From contig NC_045696.1 of assembly GCF_009834535.1 (NCBI RefSeq), positions 115,942,001-116,006,000 on the forward strand: 64,000 nucleotides of DNA, in the 5' to 3' direction. Shown here in pieces: positions 24,165 through 36,274 of this stretch. Positions within the stretch are counted from its first letter, which is position 1. Every line of letters begins with the position of its first letter. Made by a program: the position numbers and the translations under genes. Origin of the DNA: Camelus ferus. Taxonomy: Eukaryota. Below the pieces are notes generated by a model, which did no database searches, was not told the origin of the DNA, and saw only the letters and a list, made by a program, of their open reading frames with translations.

Positions 24165-24685
24165 TCCAGAATTCTCTGAAGACATGTCCACAAGGACTCT
24201 GACCCCGTCCAGGAGGGAGGCGAGGCCAGTGCCCTCTCCCTTGGAATCTGAGCAGGCTTGTGACTCATCTGTAACCAACAGAATGTGGTGACTTCCAAGA
24301 CCAGGCCTGACAAGGGGAGCTCCCACCTTGCTCTCTGCAGACATAGAGCTCAGAGCCCTGAGTCTCCATGTAAAATGTCCGTTTACCTTGAAGCCACCCC
24401 GCTGTGGGGAAAGCAAACCAAGCTACAAGGAGAGGCCACACGTGGTCACCGGGGTTTAGCCGTCCCAGTCTCCCAGCCCCACTCCTCAAGCAGTAGGTAC
24501 GTTAGTGTGGGCACCTGCAGACAATTCCAGATTCCAGCCGTGGAGTCACTCCTGGTATCAAGACGTTCCAGCAGAGCCCCAGACAAGGCGGAGCAGAGAC
24601 AAGCAACCATCTGCAGTTATCTTAGTCATCTGCATTCCTAGATTATGCAGAATCCAGAATCATAATAAAACGGTGGGTTTACGCA
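24165..24685 (+). mobile_element. MaLR solo LTR (MLT1F/G-like)
   Basis: gaatctgagcaggcttgtgact...aaccaacagaatgtggtgacttccaagaccagg...ggagaggccacacgtgg...cagcagagccccagaca...gagcagagacaagc. Confidence 0.8.
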
Positions 24686-24689
24686 TAGT

Positions 24690-25190
24690 TAACTGTCACC
24701 AGGGACTGCCGTGTCTCTAAATTCCAAGAACATTTTTCAGTCCCCATCTTCCCTTGACCTCTCAGCGACATCCCACAAGGCTGCCACCTTCCCTTCTTGG
24801 ATCATTTCCTTCCCCTGACTTTAGGAGAAATCAGTTCTGTCTCTAAGTTTTCCTCTCTTCTCTCTGTCCCCTCCTTGAGGTCTCTTTCCTACTTCTTTCT
24901 TCATTATCCAACTGCTCTGTTTGAGTTCCTGATGGGTAAACTACTTCTGTGGTTACTTTCAACTCTCTTCAGTATCTTATCTATGGTTACGTTTCTGTGA
25001 GTCCTGTATGTTCCAGTGGCTTTCAAAGTGATGTCTCCAGCCAGCACATGCATTTTAACTGACACTTCCTCATGGCGATCTTAAAGCTACTTCAAACCGA
25101 ACATAAACCAGACTGAATTTTTGGTCTGCTCCTTCCCCAGAGTCTACCTAGTACAGTGATTCCCACGTCAGCCCCGCTGCTGCTCATGTT
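24690..25190 (+). mobile_element. L2 LINE fragment
   Basis: ttttcagtccccatcttcccttgacctctcagc...cccttcttgg...tctccagcc...tacttcaaaccgaacata. Confidence 0.65.
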
Positions 25191-25219
25191 AGAATCCACC
25201 CCCCCCCCCCCGTTCCCAC

Positions 25220-26600
25220 CACCTCCTGATAATCTTTTTCTACTTTCATTTTCAAGTCTTCTATTCATTTTCTTATTGTTTGTCTCATGTCAACAACATA
25301 TTTTGGGGTCCTGTTTCTTTAACCCAGTAAGAAAAATCTTTATCATTGAACAGGTGAGTTTAATCCATTTTTATTTATTGGAATTACTGTTCTATTAGGA
25401 CATATAAATTATTTTAGTATATCATTTCACATTTTCCATTTCTGTACTTGCCTTATAGCTTTTATTTCTGCTTACATTGGACAGATTTTTTTTAATCTTA
25501 TTTTCTAAAAAGTTACACGTTGTTTCTTTGTTCTTATGGCAGTTGGACTTCTGTTTACAAACCCCCACAGAACTTTAAACTTATCAATATATATCTTTCA
25601 CCTAATTTAACACAAATGTTAATGTGTCAGGTGGACATCTGATCACCACTTACATGTTGATCATGTCTAGATTCAATTCTGTATCTATCTTTGTCCTTTT
25701 CTCCTCCCCATGATATCACTATATGCATATTCATCTATGTGATTTGATCATCTTTACTGCCCATATCTCTTGCAGAGTCACTTGGACTATTTTTCCTTCT
25801 TATTCAAGTTTCTCTTTCCAGAGTGCTTTCAGTGTGGGATTTAGAGTGGCAAACATCCCGAGGCATGGTACATTTAAGAATATTTCTACTATATTCACAG
25901 ATTTAAAGGAAAATTTGACTTGTCATAAGATCTAAATCAAAGTTCTTTCCTTCAGTACTTTAAAAAATCTTTTTTCTTGCATCCATACTGTTGTTGAAAT
26001 GTTTAATAGACATATAATTCTTGCTTTTTTAGACAGTAGTCTTCACTCTGGGAACGTTTTAGAATTTTCTCTCTATCCCTGAGAGTCTTGTGTTTCAGTA
26101 TAATATGTCTAGGTATAGGTATTCATCATGTCCCCACTGGGCACCCTAATTCCTGCCAATGTATGCCCTTCATTCATCTTTATTTTTGAAAAATGTCCCC
26201 ACTTTCCATTTTTTAAAAATTCCTTTCAAAACTATTATGCAGACGTTGAATATTTACATCCTCCATATTTTTAGCATTTCTCTTCTGTTTTAAATGATTT
26301 TCTGGTTTTTGTGCTCTTTTCTGAGACACTTTTCAATGTTGTCTTCCAATTCACTAACTCATTCTTTAGCTATGCCCATTCTAATATTTAACATAATTAT
26401 AGTGTTGTATCGGTGTTATTTTCATATTAAACTTATTATCTCCTTTATATTTTTTCTTGGACATTCTTATATTTCTTTAGCTCTTTAAATACATTATTTT
26501 AAATTTAAATTCTCTGCCAGTCTGTTCAAACAATTGTGCTGCTGATTAAATATGTTGTTCAATATCTTGTCTTTCTTCATAGAGTTATTCTTCTCCCCAG
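25220..26600 (-). mobile_element. Highly degraded old L1 (L1ME-like) fragments
   Basis: T-rich strand with tgtctcatgtcaacaacatattttggggtcctg, tttccttcagtactttaaaa and agaattttctctctatccctg motifs typical of antisense old L1. Confidence 0.55.
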
Positions 26601-27076
26601 AGGTACACTTAGTTTACCCCATGAGCTCATGTCCATGGTGGGGTATCGGGTACTTAGTTTAGTGACATGCATTGTGACCTGGAGTGAGAAAAGCCCCTGT
26701 CGACATCAGTCCGTGTGTATTTAAGGAAAGAAGAAGGGTGGGAAGAGTCACAGACACTGTGGAACCCTTGTCGATTCCTTAAATTTGCTGTCCCCCTTTT
26801 AAACGCCTACCAAGAAGGAGCATTGAAAGGAGAAGGTAGACTCTCATTCTGAAGCTAAAAAGGAGAAAAAAGAAAAAAAGAGAGAAGTAAATGCTTGAGA
26901 GGGTGGTTGTCAATTCACACCTGTTTTCATCACGTCCTCACCAGGACTTTCATCAGTAAATGGACACGCAAAGCTGTTCAAGGCAATGCAGGCAAGATGT
27001 CAAAGCAGCAATTATAGTTGTCCTCTACTCTACCTTCTCCCTGCTGTCTCTGGCCATTCTGTGTTTCAGATGTCCC

Positions 27077-27078
<2 letters not shown>

Positions 27079-27120
<42 letters not shown>
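27079..27120. repeat. (AC)21 microsatellite
   Basis: uninterrupted ac run. Confidence 0.97.
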
Positions 27121-27125
<5 letters not shown>

Positions 27126-27216
27126 GTTCACCAGTTCAAGGCAGCCTTCAGCCCTGCTATGGTCACTGCTGGCTCTGTGTCCATGGTTCTCTCCTTCTTC
27201 AATAGCTTTCCCTGGG

Positions 27217-27710
27217 CTAATCCAGAAAGACACATGCACCTCAATGGTCACAGCAGCACTATATACAATAGCCAAGACATGGAAACAGCCTAAATGTCCA
27301 TCGACAGATGACAGGATAAAGAAGATGTGGTGTATATATACAATGGAATACCACTCAGCCATAAGAAAGAATAAAATAATGCCATTTGCAGCAACATGGA
27401 TGGGCCTGTAGATGGTCATTCTAAGTGAAGTAAGCCAGACAGAGAAAGACAAACATCATATGATATCATGTATATGTGGAATCTAAAATATGATACAAAT
27501 GAACTTATTTACAAAACAGAAACAGACACACAGACATACAAAACAAATTATAGTTACCAAAGGGGAAGGGAGAAGGGAGGGATAAATTAGGAGTTTGGGA
27601 TTAGCAGATCCACACCACTATATATAAAATAGATAAGCAAGATCCTACTGTATAGCACAAGGAACTATATTCAATATCTTGTAATAAACTATAGTGGAAT
27701 AGAAAAAAAA
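27217..27710 (+). mobile_element. L1 ORF2 end plus partial 3' UTR
   Basis: encodes [64 protein letters not shown], the L1 ORF2p C-terminus. Confidence 0.95.
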
Positions 27711-28024
27711 GATAAAATTGTACCATAAATGATGAAAGAAATATTTTGAATTAGATGAAAAGGGATTAACTTGAAACTGTACTTGAAGAAGCTTCTGAAT
27801 TCAGTGCTTATCTGTTGTTTCTTTTATGGATTTCACTTTTAACTGGAATACATAATAAATCACGAAGTGGTAAATCCTCAGATGGCCACTCATATCGCTC
27901 TGGGCCAACCCATGGGGGACGACGGGAAAAGAACATGAAGTCCAGAGAAATGTGTTTGAGTTTTTTTTTTTTTAATCTTGAAATCCAAAAATATTAGAAA
28001 AGTCATTTGTTGGAGATTATTTTT

Positions 28025-28130
28025 TCCATCCCCTTCAATATAAAGATGAGAAAGCTAAGGCCCAGACAGTTGTGGTTTGTCTGAGGTGGGACAGCTAACC
28101 AAACCTAGAGCTAGTATAGAACTGAGTTTT
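28025..28130 (-). mobile_element. MIR fragment
   Basis: aaagatgagaaagctaaggcccagacag...ctgaggtgggacagctaa. Confidence 0.55.
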
Positions 28131-28825
28131 TCCATCGTTCCAAACAATTTCACTTCTGCTATACCAGTGACCTCCCCGCACCCAAACTTGGTTCATCTGC
28201 ATTTGACAAAGAGGAAATTCTGTCAGTGATGTTCATGGTTTCATGTGAGGGTAAGAGCATTAACTTCTCTAGCATGTGTCCACTTATGCATGGGGGCTTG
28301 GAAGATGTTTTGCAGATTAAAATAGCTTTTCTGCATAATTCACAGAAGGATCACTTAATAGTGTTTTTCCCTTGGAGATGCAAACAGAACACTTGCTCCA
28401 TCAAAGCTGTGGTGGAAGCCCTTCCAATCTGGAATGGTCTCTGTTTAATTAAGTGTTTAATACCCATTATTTGCTGCTTTTAGTGAAAATGACTGGATTC
28501 AAGCTGCTCTCCAGCCTCTCATCTGCTGTCTATGACAAGGAGACATATGCTAAGGAAGGTCTAATGAAGTTTTGCTAAAGGCTAAACTCAACACATCTGG
28601 TAAAGCCTCCAAAGGGCCCCAGCCTCCAAATCCATTCAATTTTAACAGCTTTCCATGAACTTAAGGCAAGGATTAGTAAGATACATAAGCATCAACCTCT
28701 GAGGAAAAAACAACCAGAGTTATAAGCAACCCTTGATGGAGAAAAAAATTGTGAAGTTACTAACATTAAAAATTTGAACCAATTCCCATATGATTTGGAT
28801 TGTTTTTAAGAAGATGAACCTTGAA

Positions 28826-28926
28826 TATATATATGTACATGCATGACTGAAACATGATGCTGTACACCAGAAACTGACACAACTTCGATTTGTGTAAACT
28901 GGCTGTACTTCAATTTAAAAAAAGAC
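28826..28926 (+). mobile_element. Short L1 3' terminus
   Basis: atgtacatgcatgactgaaacatgatgctgtacaccagaaactgacac...tacttcaatttaaaaaaagac. Confidence 0.85.
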
Positions 28927-29018
28927 TTTTTTTTTTTAATGGAGGTACTGGGGAATTGAACCCAGGACGTCATGCACGCCAAGCATGTGCTCTAGCACTG
29001 AGCTCTACTCATCCCCCC
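28927..29018 (-). mobile_element. tRNA-Ala-derived camelid SINE (Vic-1 type, short form)
   Basis: poly-T then aatggaggtactggggaattgaacccaggacgtcatgcacgccaagcatgtgctctagcactgagct, the reverse of the SINE head at 3664 and 61142. Confidence 0.9.
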
Positions 29019-32000
29019 AGAAGATGAGTCCTTTGAAGTTTCTTAAGGAGCTTCTTCAACTTGGCTTTAGTAACAAACAACAAAACTGCAGAAGCTGTTT
29101 GTGCTATGGAAAAAATGTAAGGTATCCTCTTTCATTGACCTTTAAAACAATCTGTTAAAAATAATTTAAGGAAAAAAAAAAAAAAAAGAATGAGACTTTA
29201 ACCAATGGGCTATCAGGCAGCTGGAAGACACTGCTATTTTCTTCATGTACGAGTAGCCAGGCAGGTGTGAGTAGGAAGGCAGGGAGGCCACAGCGTTTGT
29301 TAGTGGAAGAGAAATGTAAATGGCATTTACAAGTGTTGGCTGTGGAACTCCTTGGAATGATATAACATCAGAGTAAACAACAAAATATCTGAATAAGCCT
29401 CTCTTTTGTAAGAAAAAAGGCATTATTTGTGAGGTATATACATACATCTACATGACACAATACACTCAAAGAACATTCTTGATATAAAATACTTTCCATT
29501 TTTGCAAAATGATTTCTTGAGAGTACTGATACCTAAATCAGCATTTCCTGAAAGGTGTTCCAGAGTTCGACATTTTTTGAATGATGCCACAAGTTGTCCC
29601 ACACAAATTAAAGAACAATGTTTCTCTAGTCTCATAACATTTGGTGGCAGTGTGTTGGGCAAAACTAGGGTTCTTAACTGCAGGACCCTATAACATGTTA
29701 ATTTGTACTATCTGTTCCCAAAGGGGAAAATAACAGGCAGAATTTTCCAAAATTATTTGACTTTGTGGTCTGTTTTCTGTGGGCTTCAGCTGGTATACAG
29801 CCGTCACCTTGTAAAAGTTCATTAAATATAGATGCACCATTTTTCCTAAAGAGGTGAATCTGGCTATTGTCATTGGTTCATAATGTGCTCATCTTAGTAT
29901 CCCTAAAATCTACACAGAAAAAAAAAAAAAAGACTGTCTTAGCTTTCCCTGTATATCCATTCCTGGACACATGAAAACAACAATGAAAAAGCCACCTTGT
30001 CTTTTCCTCCAGGAGTGTTAATGAAAGGGAAGAGAGGAAGATAGTTGGATAAGGGTGAACGAGATATTTTTAACTCACAGTAGCTAAAATATTGGCAGGA
30101 TAATAACTCATTTGTCTCATAGAGAAAGCAAACCAGAAAACTAGGATCTGTGAGCCGGATGGGGGATCAGGCTCTGGGCTTTCACAGGAGTCCTACTGCA
30201 AATAACGTGTTATTAGGAACTATATATAGATACATATAGATATGAGTTTGTCTGCATTTCTTTTACTTTTCTGATGTCACTACATTTGCCAGCATCCTCA
30301 ACCCATAGCCATTAAAATTTATTGCAAAAAGAATGTTAGTGAATGGCTTAAATAAAACCAAGCATCTTGAGAAGGACTCTCCCAGATCTTTGCCTCCTCC
30401 TTCACCAGGTCAACAGTTCATGTCATGGCATTCTTCCATCGTGTAAAGGAGACATCTCAGTCCACTGCTGAAGCCTTTGATGCCCATGACAAAGAGAAGC
30501 CAATGTCTCTTGCTCTGCTGCCGCCACAGACATGTAAGTGGTCAGGCACAGGTTTAGCTCTCTTGAGTACCCCCCCACTCCCAGGGGCCATCATCAAGGC
30601 TCCAAGAAGCTGCAGTGGAGCCCTCCGCGGCATAATGAGTCAACACCATTCACTCAGGATGCCATGGAGGGGAACTTAGAGATCTGAATCTAATGGAAAC
30701 CAAGGTGAATCTGGGAGGTCAACAGACTGCAGCTGTCAGCCTGTGTCCACTAGAGGTCCAGCAGATCAAGGAGTAATCTTCTCACCAAAGGAATGTAAGT
30801 CCTCCCACTGCTTGATGCTACCTTAGAGGAAGGAAAGCAGGCAGAGGGAATGGCTGGCTGGGCCCCAGAGTCATGTTAAGACTGTACACTATCCATGACA
30901 TGACTGGACTAAAATACAAACTGAATAGGACTAAAATTTATTTTTCCCAACTGATTGACAAGTAGAGACTTAATCATGAAAGTGAAACAAGATTTATTAC
31001 AGGCCAGATAAAAATATTCTATTTTTCCATCACATCAGAGCCATAGTAGAGGCTGAATCTACAATCCGATGTTCATCCTTCAGGTCATCGGTGAAGAATG
31101 TGACACTTATTACCTTATGGGGGGGAATAACCCTGTCGTCTCACGTTAGAGATCCGCATCCATTTTTACCTCCAAGAATAAATTAATCATCTACGGAAAA
31201 CATGTAGTGGTCCAGTCGAAGCTCATCTCCCGTATCATCACCCCCTACCAAGAGAACTTGTTGCCTTGACGGGTTACAGCTCAAAGCAGCCAAAGAAGGG
31301 AAACTCAGTTCTGTCTCATGTTGCATGAAATGACTACAAAATAGCACCCAAATCAGTCCAGTCATGTCATGCATCTGATAAAATCCAGATGTGTCCGAAA
31401 TCTCCCTCAACCCCATGACATTTAAATAAATATGGCAAACAGGGAAGGGACATGGTTTAGGACAGGTGCCCAAGCATCCAGTTGGGTTAGAAATCTACCC
31501 TGTGATGTTTGCCAAGCTGTACTATCTTCTGATGTTTCTCCTCACGAAATGAAATGAATAATTTCATTTTTTAAAAATCTGTCAAGTGTTATAAGGGATC
31601 CTAAGACAAAGGCAAATGGATAGAAAAGAGACCCCTGATGACTGTTTTCAACTCAAAATTCACCTTCAACAGACCTCAGCAACCTGGCACAGTTCCTGTT
31701 GGACAATGAATCGACCAACAGTCTGGAACACTTACTGAAGAAAATAGTGATCTCCTCTATTTGGATACTAGCCCTAAATGGGAGGGGTGAGGGTCAATCA
31801 AAGGACGGAACTGTTTTCTTGGCAAAGACACGTGGAAATTCTACAATGATGTGAGTTCCTGTAATAACCAGATACAAATCTGAGAATCCAGTGAACATCA
31901 CAAAACACTTTCTTTGGCTAGAAAAACTACCAGAGGATGAGTTGAGATCTTCTTCTCACACACTCCAACATTGGAGGCGCCAGATTGTACAATGAAAACA

Positions 32001-32058
32001 TGACGCATGGTAGAATCACACTGAAGAAAACATGACACTTATACCATGAGTAAGAGGC

Positions 32059-32512
32059 TATGGCAGAAACTGCTGACAGCGTCTGATTACCTAAGGCTTA
32101 TGGCTGCCCAGCCAGTCCTCACATTCCTAGCCATGCTTCTGCCCAGCTGCAACCACGTGACAACTTGTGACCAATGAGCTATGAGTGGAAATGATTTGTG
32201 CAGTTTTCAAGTTATCATCTTCAAGTGAACGAGCAAGCCCTCTTCCCCTTCTTTCCTCCTTCCTGCTGGCAGGATTTCAGGTAATAGAGTAAATTAAATT
32301 GCTCTAAGTAAATAAAGACAATACCCTATGGATGGTGACAGAATACGGTAAAAGAACCTTGGGCCCCTGATACCACAAAATGACAAAAACAGACCTAAAC
32401 TATTTATAACAGATTGCTGCATGAATAAATAAATAAATAAACTTCTATCTTGCTTACATCAATATCATTTTGGATATTTATTACAGTGTTCAAAGTGACC
32501 TCTGACTGATGG
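32059..32512 (+). mobile_element. MaLR solo LTR (MLT1J-like)
   Basis: tatggcagaaactgctg...accacgtgacaacttgtgaccaatgagctatgagtggaaatgatttgtgca...aataaacttctatcttgctt...ttattacag...tgactgat. Confidence 0.75.
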
Positions 32513-32635
32513 GAAGGACTATTTACCTGGGCTGCCCAAGTTAATTCATTCAAAGAATATTTTCTGAATGTGTGTTAGGTCTGAGGTTTTAGAGATAAAA
32601 TGTTTAAAACTCACAAGAAAAGAAGGAATCCTTAC

Positions 32636-32667
32636 CATCCTGGAGCACTGTCCACAATTTGCGCTCT
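32636..32667 (-). other. Candidate 32-nt exon
   Basis: minus strand tgatgactttctactttgttctgtgaacag|AGAGCGCAAATTGTGGACAGTGCTCCAGGATG|gtaagg. Confidence 0.3.
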
Positions 32668-33119
32668 CTGTTCACAGAACAAAGTAGAAAGTCATCAATT
32701 CCACACACTGGAATGAGCAATGGAATTTTGGACAAAGGATATTGATTGCTCTGGTAACCCTTGACGTCAATTACCTCTCCTCACAATACCTGAGGAGGCT
32801 CTTTTGACATAGTAACAGAACAAAACACAAAAGCATTACCTCTGAAGTATGTGTGTGTGCGCGTGCGTGCATTACACATGAATAGTATGTGTGTGTGGGT
32901 ATACACCTCATATGTACGTATAGACACACTCTATACACATCATGTATGTTTGTGTGTACACACCTCAAATATGTGTGTGTAATACACACACATAAGCACA
33001 GGCAGCATCTGCAAGCACGGTGGGGTTAGTATCTTACTCCCTCTTCTCAACTGCAAAATACTGCTTAACACTTCCCATTATAAGAGCTCACATCATAGTT
33101 ATTTGCATACAACTCATTA

Positions 33120-33270
33120 TTGCTCAAAGATTATAAATTCTTGACAGAAAAAAATTATGTCTCATACACTTTTGTGTCTCCATAGTAACTTAAACAGTGC
33201 TCAGAACATAAAAGGAGCTTATTGGACACTTGTGAATAAGTGATTGATCCATCGACTGAATGAATGAGTA
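33120..33270 (+). mobile_element. L2 3' terminus
   Basis: agattataaattcttga...cttttgtgtctcc...acagtgctcagaacata...tgaatgaatga. Confidence 0.6.
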
Positions 33271-36200
33271 GTTGATGATCTGGAGACTCGTGCCAGGGAA
33301 TACAGATTTTCTTCCTGAGTGGGTATTTGTGGAATACATTTGTGGCTTATAACTAGAAAACAGAAACTGTTGGGACATAACAGATAACAGCCACTTAATC
33401 ACAAAATACTTACAAATCCACATTAAGTCTTTCCAAGGCAATCGGTCAAGTTCTTCAAACATAAAAAATTGTGTGTGTTTGTTTATCAGTGGAAAGTACC
33501 TCCATTATGGAGAAAGGGTTCCTTGACCCGCACAAGTTAGCAAAATGCGTCAAAGGCCAAAGTTATGTTTCTTTCAGACTCATAATTTCAGGGAAGCAGT
33601 TGCACTGAAGTCTATTCCTTTTGCTGGAATTTTTTTTTTTTAACGTTCTAAGTGCTGGTTTAGCAAAATTCACTCTGTAAAAATAATTGGCAGTGAAATC
33701 TTAGAACTCCAAAGGAAGTCATAAGCAATTAGTGATCAAACCAAGTTATCAGAGCTTAAAACTTGGTCTTCAGTAACTGTTACAAATGTAAGTACCTGAT
33801 AACCATTTGGGACAAGCATCCAAGGGGCCATGCAAACACCAGCAGCCCAGGCAAGGACAGTCTCAGACATCCCCAAGAACAGTGACCTTTAAGGCATTTA
33901 CCTCCAACAACAAGGATCAAGGGATAGTGACTGCTGTCTCTGAGATACCCTTTCTATGCAGACCGAATATTTCTAAAAATAGGAAACGGTGTGCCCATCC
34001 CTCTCCCGTACAGGCAATGTTCCTATGAGATATGGTGCTTTGAATTTTCAGTCTAATTGATAGATCGTGTAGTGTGAACATGCTTTTATAAAATAAGGGA
34101 CTTGTATTTGATGATCTCTGTAAATTCCTTTCCAGCTCTAAAATGATTTCTCCACAATCATTCATAAATCCCAATAAAAACGCCATCCCAAGGAAAGTCA
34201 ATACAGCCTTACTTAAATCCTTGCCCTCTTCTTTTGCGTCTGCCTCTTCACAAAGTAAGTTATTAGGGGGCTTTAGAAAGGAAGTTTCAAAGTCAACGGT
34301 TACAAGGACACATAATAACAGGACTAACTTGTAAAGGGAAAATGCGATTTCATACAGCGGGAACTGAGGATGACTCAGGCAATGGGGGCAATTTTCTACA
34401 TCCAAAGGCCTTAATATTTTCCAACCCCATAAAATTATAATACAAACAATTATTAAATTCAATCTTCAGTCTAACTAGTCTTCAATCTGCTGACATTTTT
34501 ACATGCCGTTACACAGGATCCGAAATAATGGATATGCTGAACTCTGCAGCGCTCCCGGTTCCCTCTGACCACGTACCATCCGGAGAAAATTCCTGTAAAT
34601 AGTCCGGATGGACACGGGTCCAGGTATGTCCATCACTTTCCACGTTTTCTAAGCAATTGAAATTTTCCACCTGTTTGCCTGGGATCATTTAGGGCAGGGA
34701 ACTTACTGCTGCAAGAGATTGCTTAGGGAAGCCCTGTTCCAGAGAAGGACTTTGAGCTCTCAGACTGAATTCGGCCTGTCTGTGGTTTTCTGTGTCTGCT
34801 AAAGCCTCAGCCATTATTTTTCTGGAAGCCAAGTGTCAAGTTTAATCTCTCTTAATCACTCTCCAAATGCATATCTATTCCCACGCAGTGCATTATTAAA
34901 TGGAAATGAGCTTAATTATTCACCTGTTAGTGGGCGGGGATTGAGAAAAAAAGAAGTAAAGAGAGGAACACTTTCCTTTCAACAGCTGGGTGCAGAATCT
35001 CTACGCTATAGTCCTATGAACAGCAATTTGGCCTTGCCTGTCGGTGAGATGGGATAATAATTTTAGGTAACAACCAGAGTTTCATTTCACCCACAATTCC
35101 TTGCTCCCATACCTACACTCCTGCTCCCTGCCCAGGTCCCACCCTACGGCACCTTGCCATCAGAGTCCCTCCACCCAGAGATAGCTGTTTCGGCAGAAAA
35201 GCAAAAAACAATAGAAGCCAGATGGCCTCTGCTTTGCTTAGATGGTATTTAAGCCTTCAGGAAATTAGACAAGTTCAAAAAAAAAAGTTACATTTTCTTG
35301 TACACACAGACCTGGGGGGGTTGTGAAATTTGTACATGTTATCACCAGTAATGGTGGGATCATTGTTTCGCTTTCCCCAAGAGCAATAATATACGTTATT
35401 TTAGATGTTAGAACTGCATACGCCTTACGAGGACTCAGGCATAGTCCTGAGTCCTTTGCTCCCCTGAGAAACACTGACCAGCTTCTCCAAGTCCTGACCT
35501 CTTCCAAGATTTTCTGTGCGTGGAGGCCACGATGTGGGGCGAGAGTGTAAAGAATCAAGTCTGCTAAGGTTGTGTGCTTCACCCTTCCCTGCTAAGGCAT
35601 CGGCATCCCTTCGCTAAGATTAAAAGAGAAATCGCATAATTAAAAACATAAAACTGGCTCAAGAGTTTTCAGGGTGCTACACTCATCTGAGATATAAAGG
35701 ACTTGGAGCTTTGTTTAAACCATTGAACCCAAAATTACATGATTCCATGCAAGCTGCTTCTGTGAGGCTTGCTCTCTTTTCCAGTATTTATTCAGCTGAA
35801 TCACAGGATTCTAGAAAGCAAAGTGAAGTAATTTGTTAACTCTCCTAAAAACTTGCAAGCACACTGAATTATCTGAATCAGAAATTCAGGAACTTTTTTT
35901 TTTAATATCAGAATGACAATGTGTGGCCTCATATTTACCAGCTTGAATTTTATTATTTATTTTTCAGTATCGCAGCCTCTTTTGTTTTTAAAATATCAAG
36001 TATCAGGGCACTAAGAGGAAGGCAATAAACCTGCTGAAGAAGGCAACACAAAGCTGACTTCAGAGAAGACTGTTCTTCATAGCAGAGATGATCCTAGCCT
36101 CCCAAGTGTTTGATTAGCCCCCAAATCCTGACTTGACATGCCTAACAGCTGCTGCTACTGAAATTTCTTCTGACAAAATGCTGCCTTCTGAATCTGGCAG

Positions 36201-36274
36201 ATGAGCAGGAGCCACAGTCTGATGTCCAAAAAAGAGTCCAGTGAAATTAACAGCTTAAAAGTAGAATCATCTCT

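Noticed and set aside
30744..30762. CTCF-like tgtccactagaggtccagc
   Set aside because: Mismatches in the GGC core and no supporting context.
33917..34462. Longest ORF in the track (181 aa, minus strand)
   Set aside because: Starts at TTG rather than ATG, has no recognisable domain, and an ORF of this size can occur by chance in 64 kb over six frames.
35430..35455. Perfect 10-bp stem aggactcagg/cctgagtcct with 6-nt loop
   Set aside because: Does not extend; about one such stem is expected by chance in a window this size.
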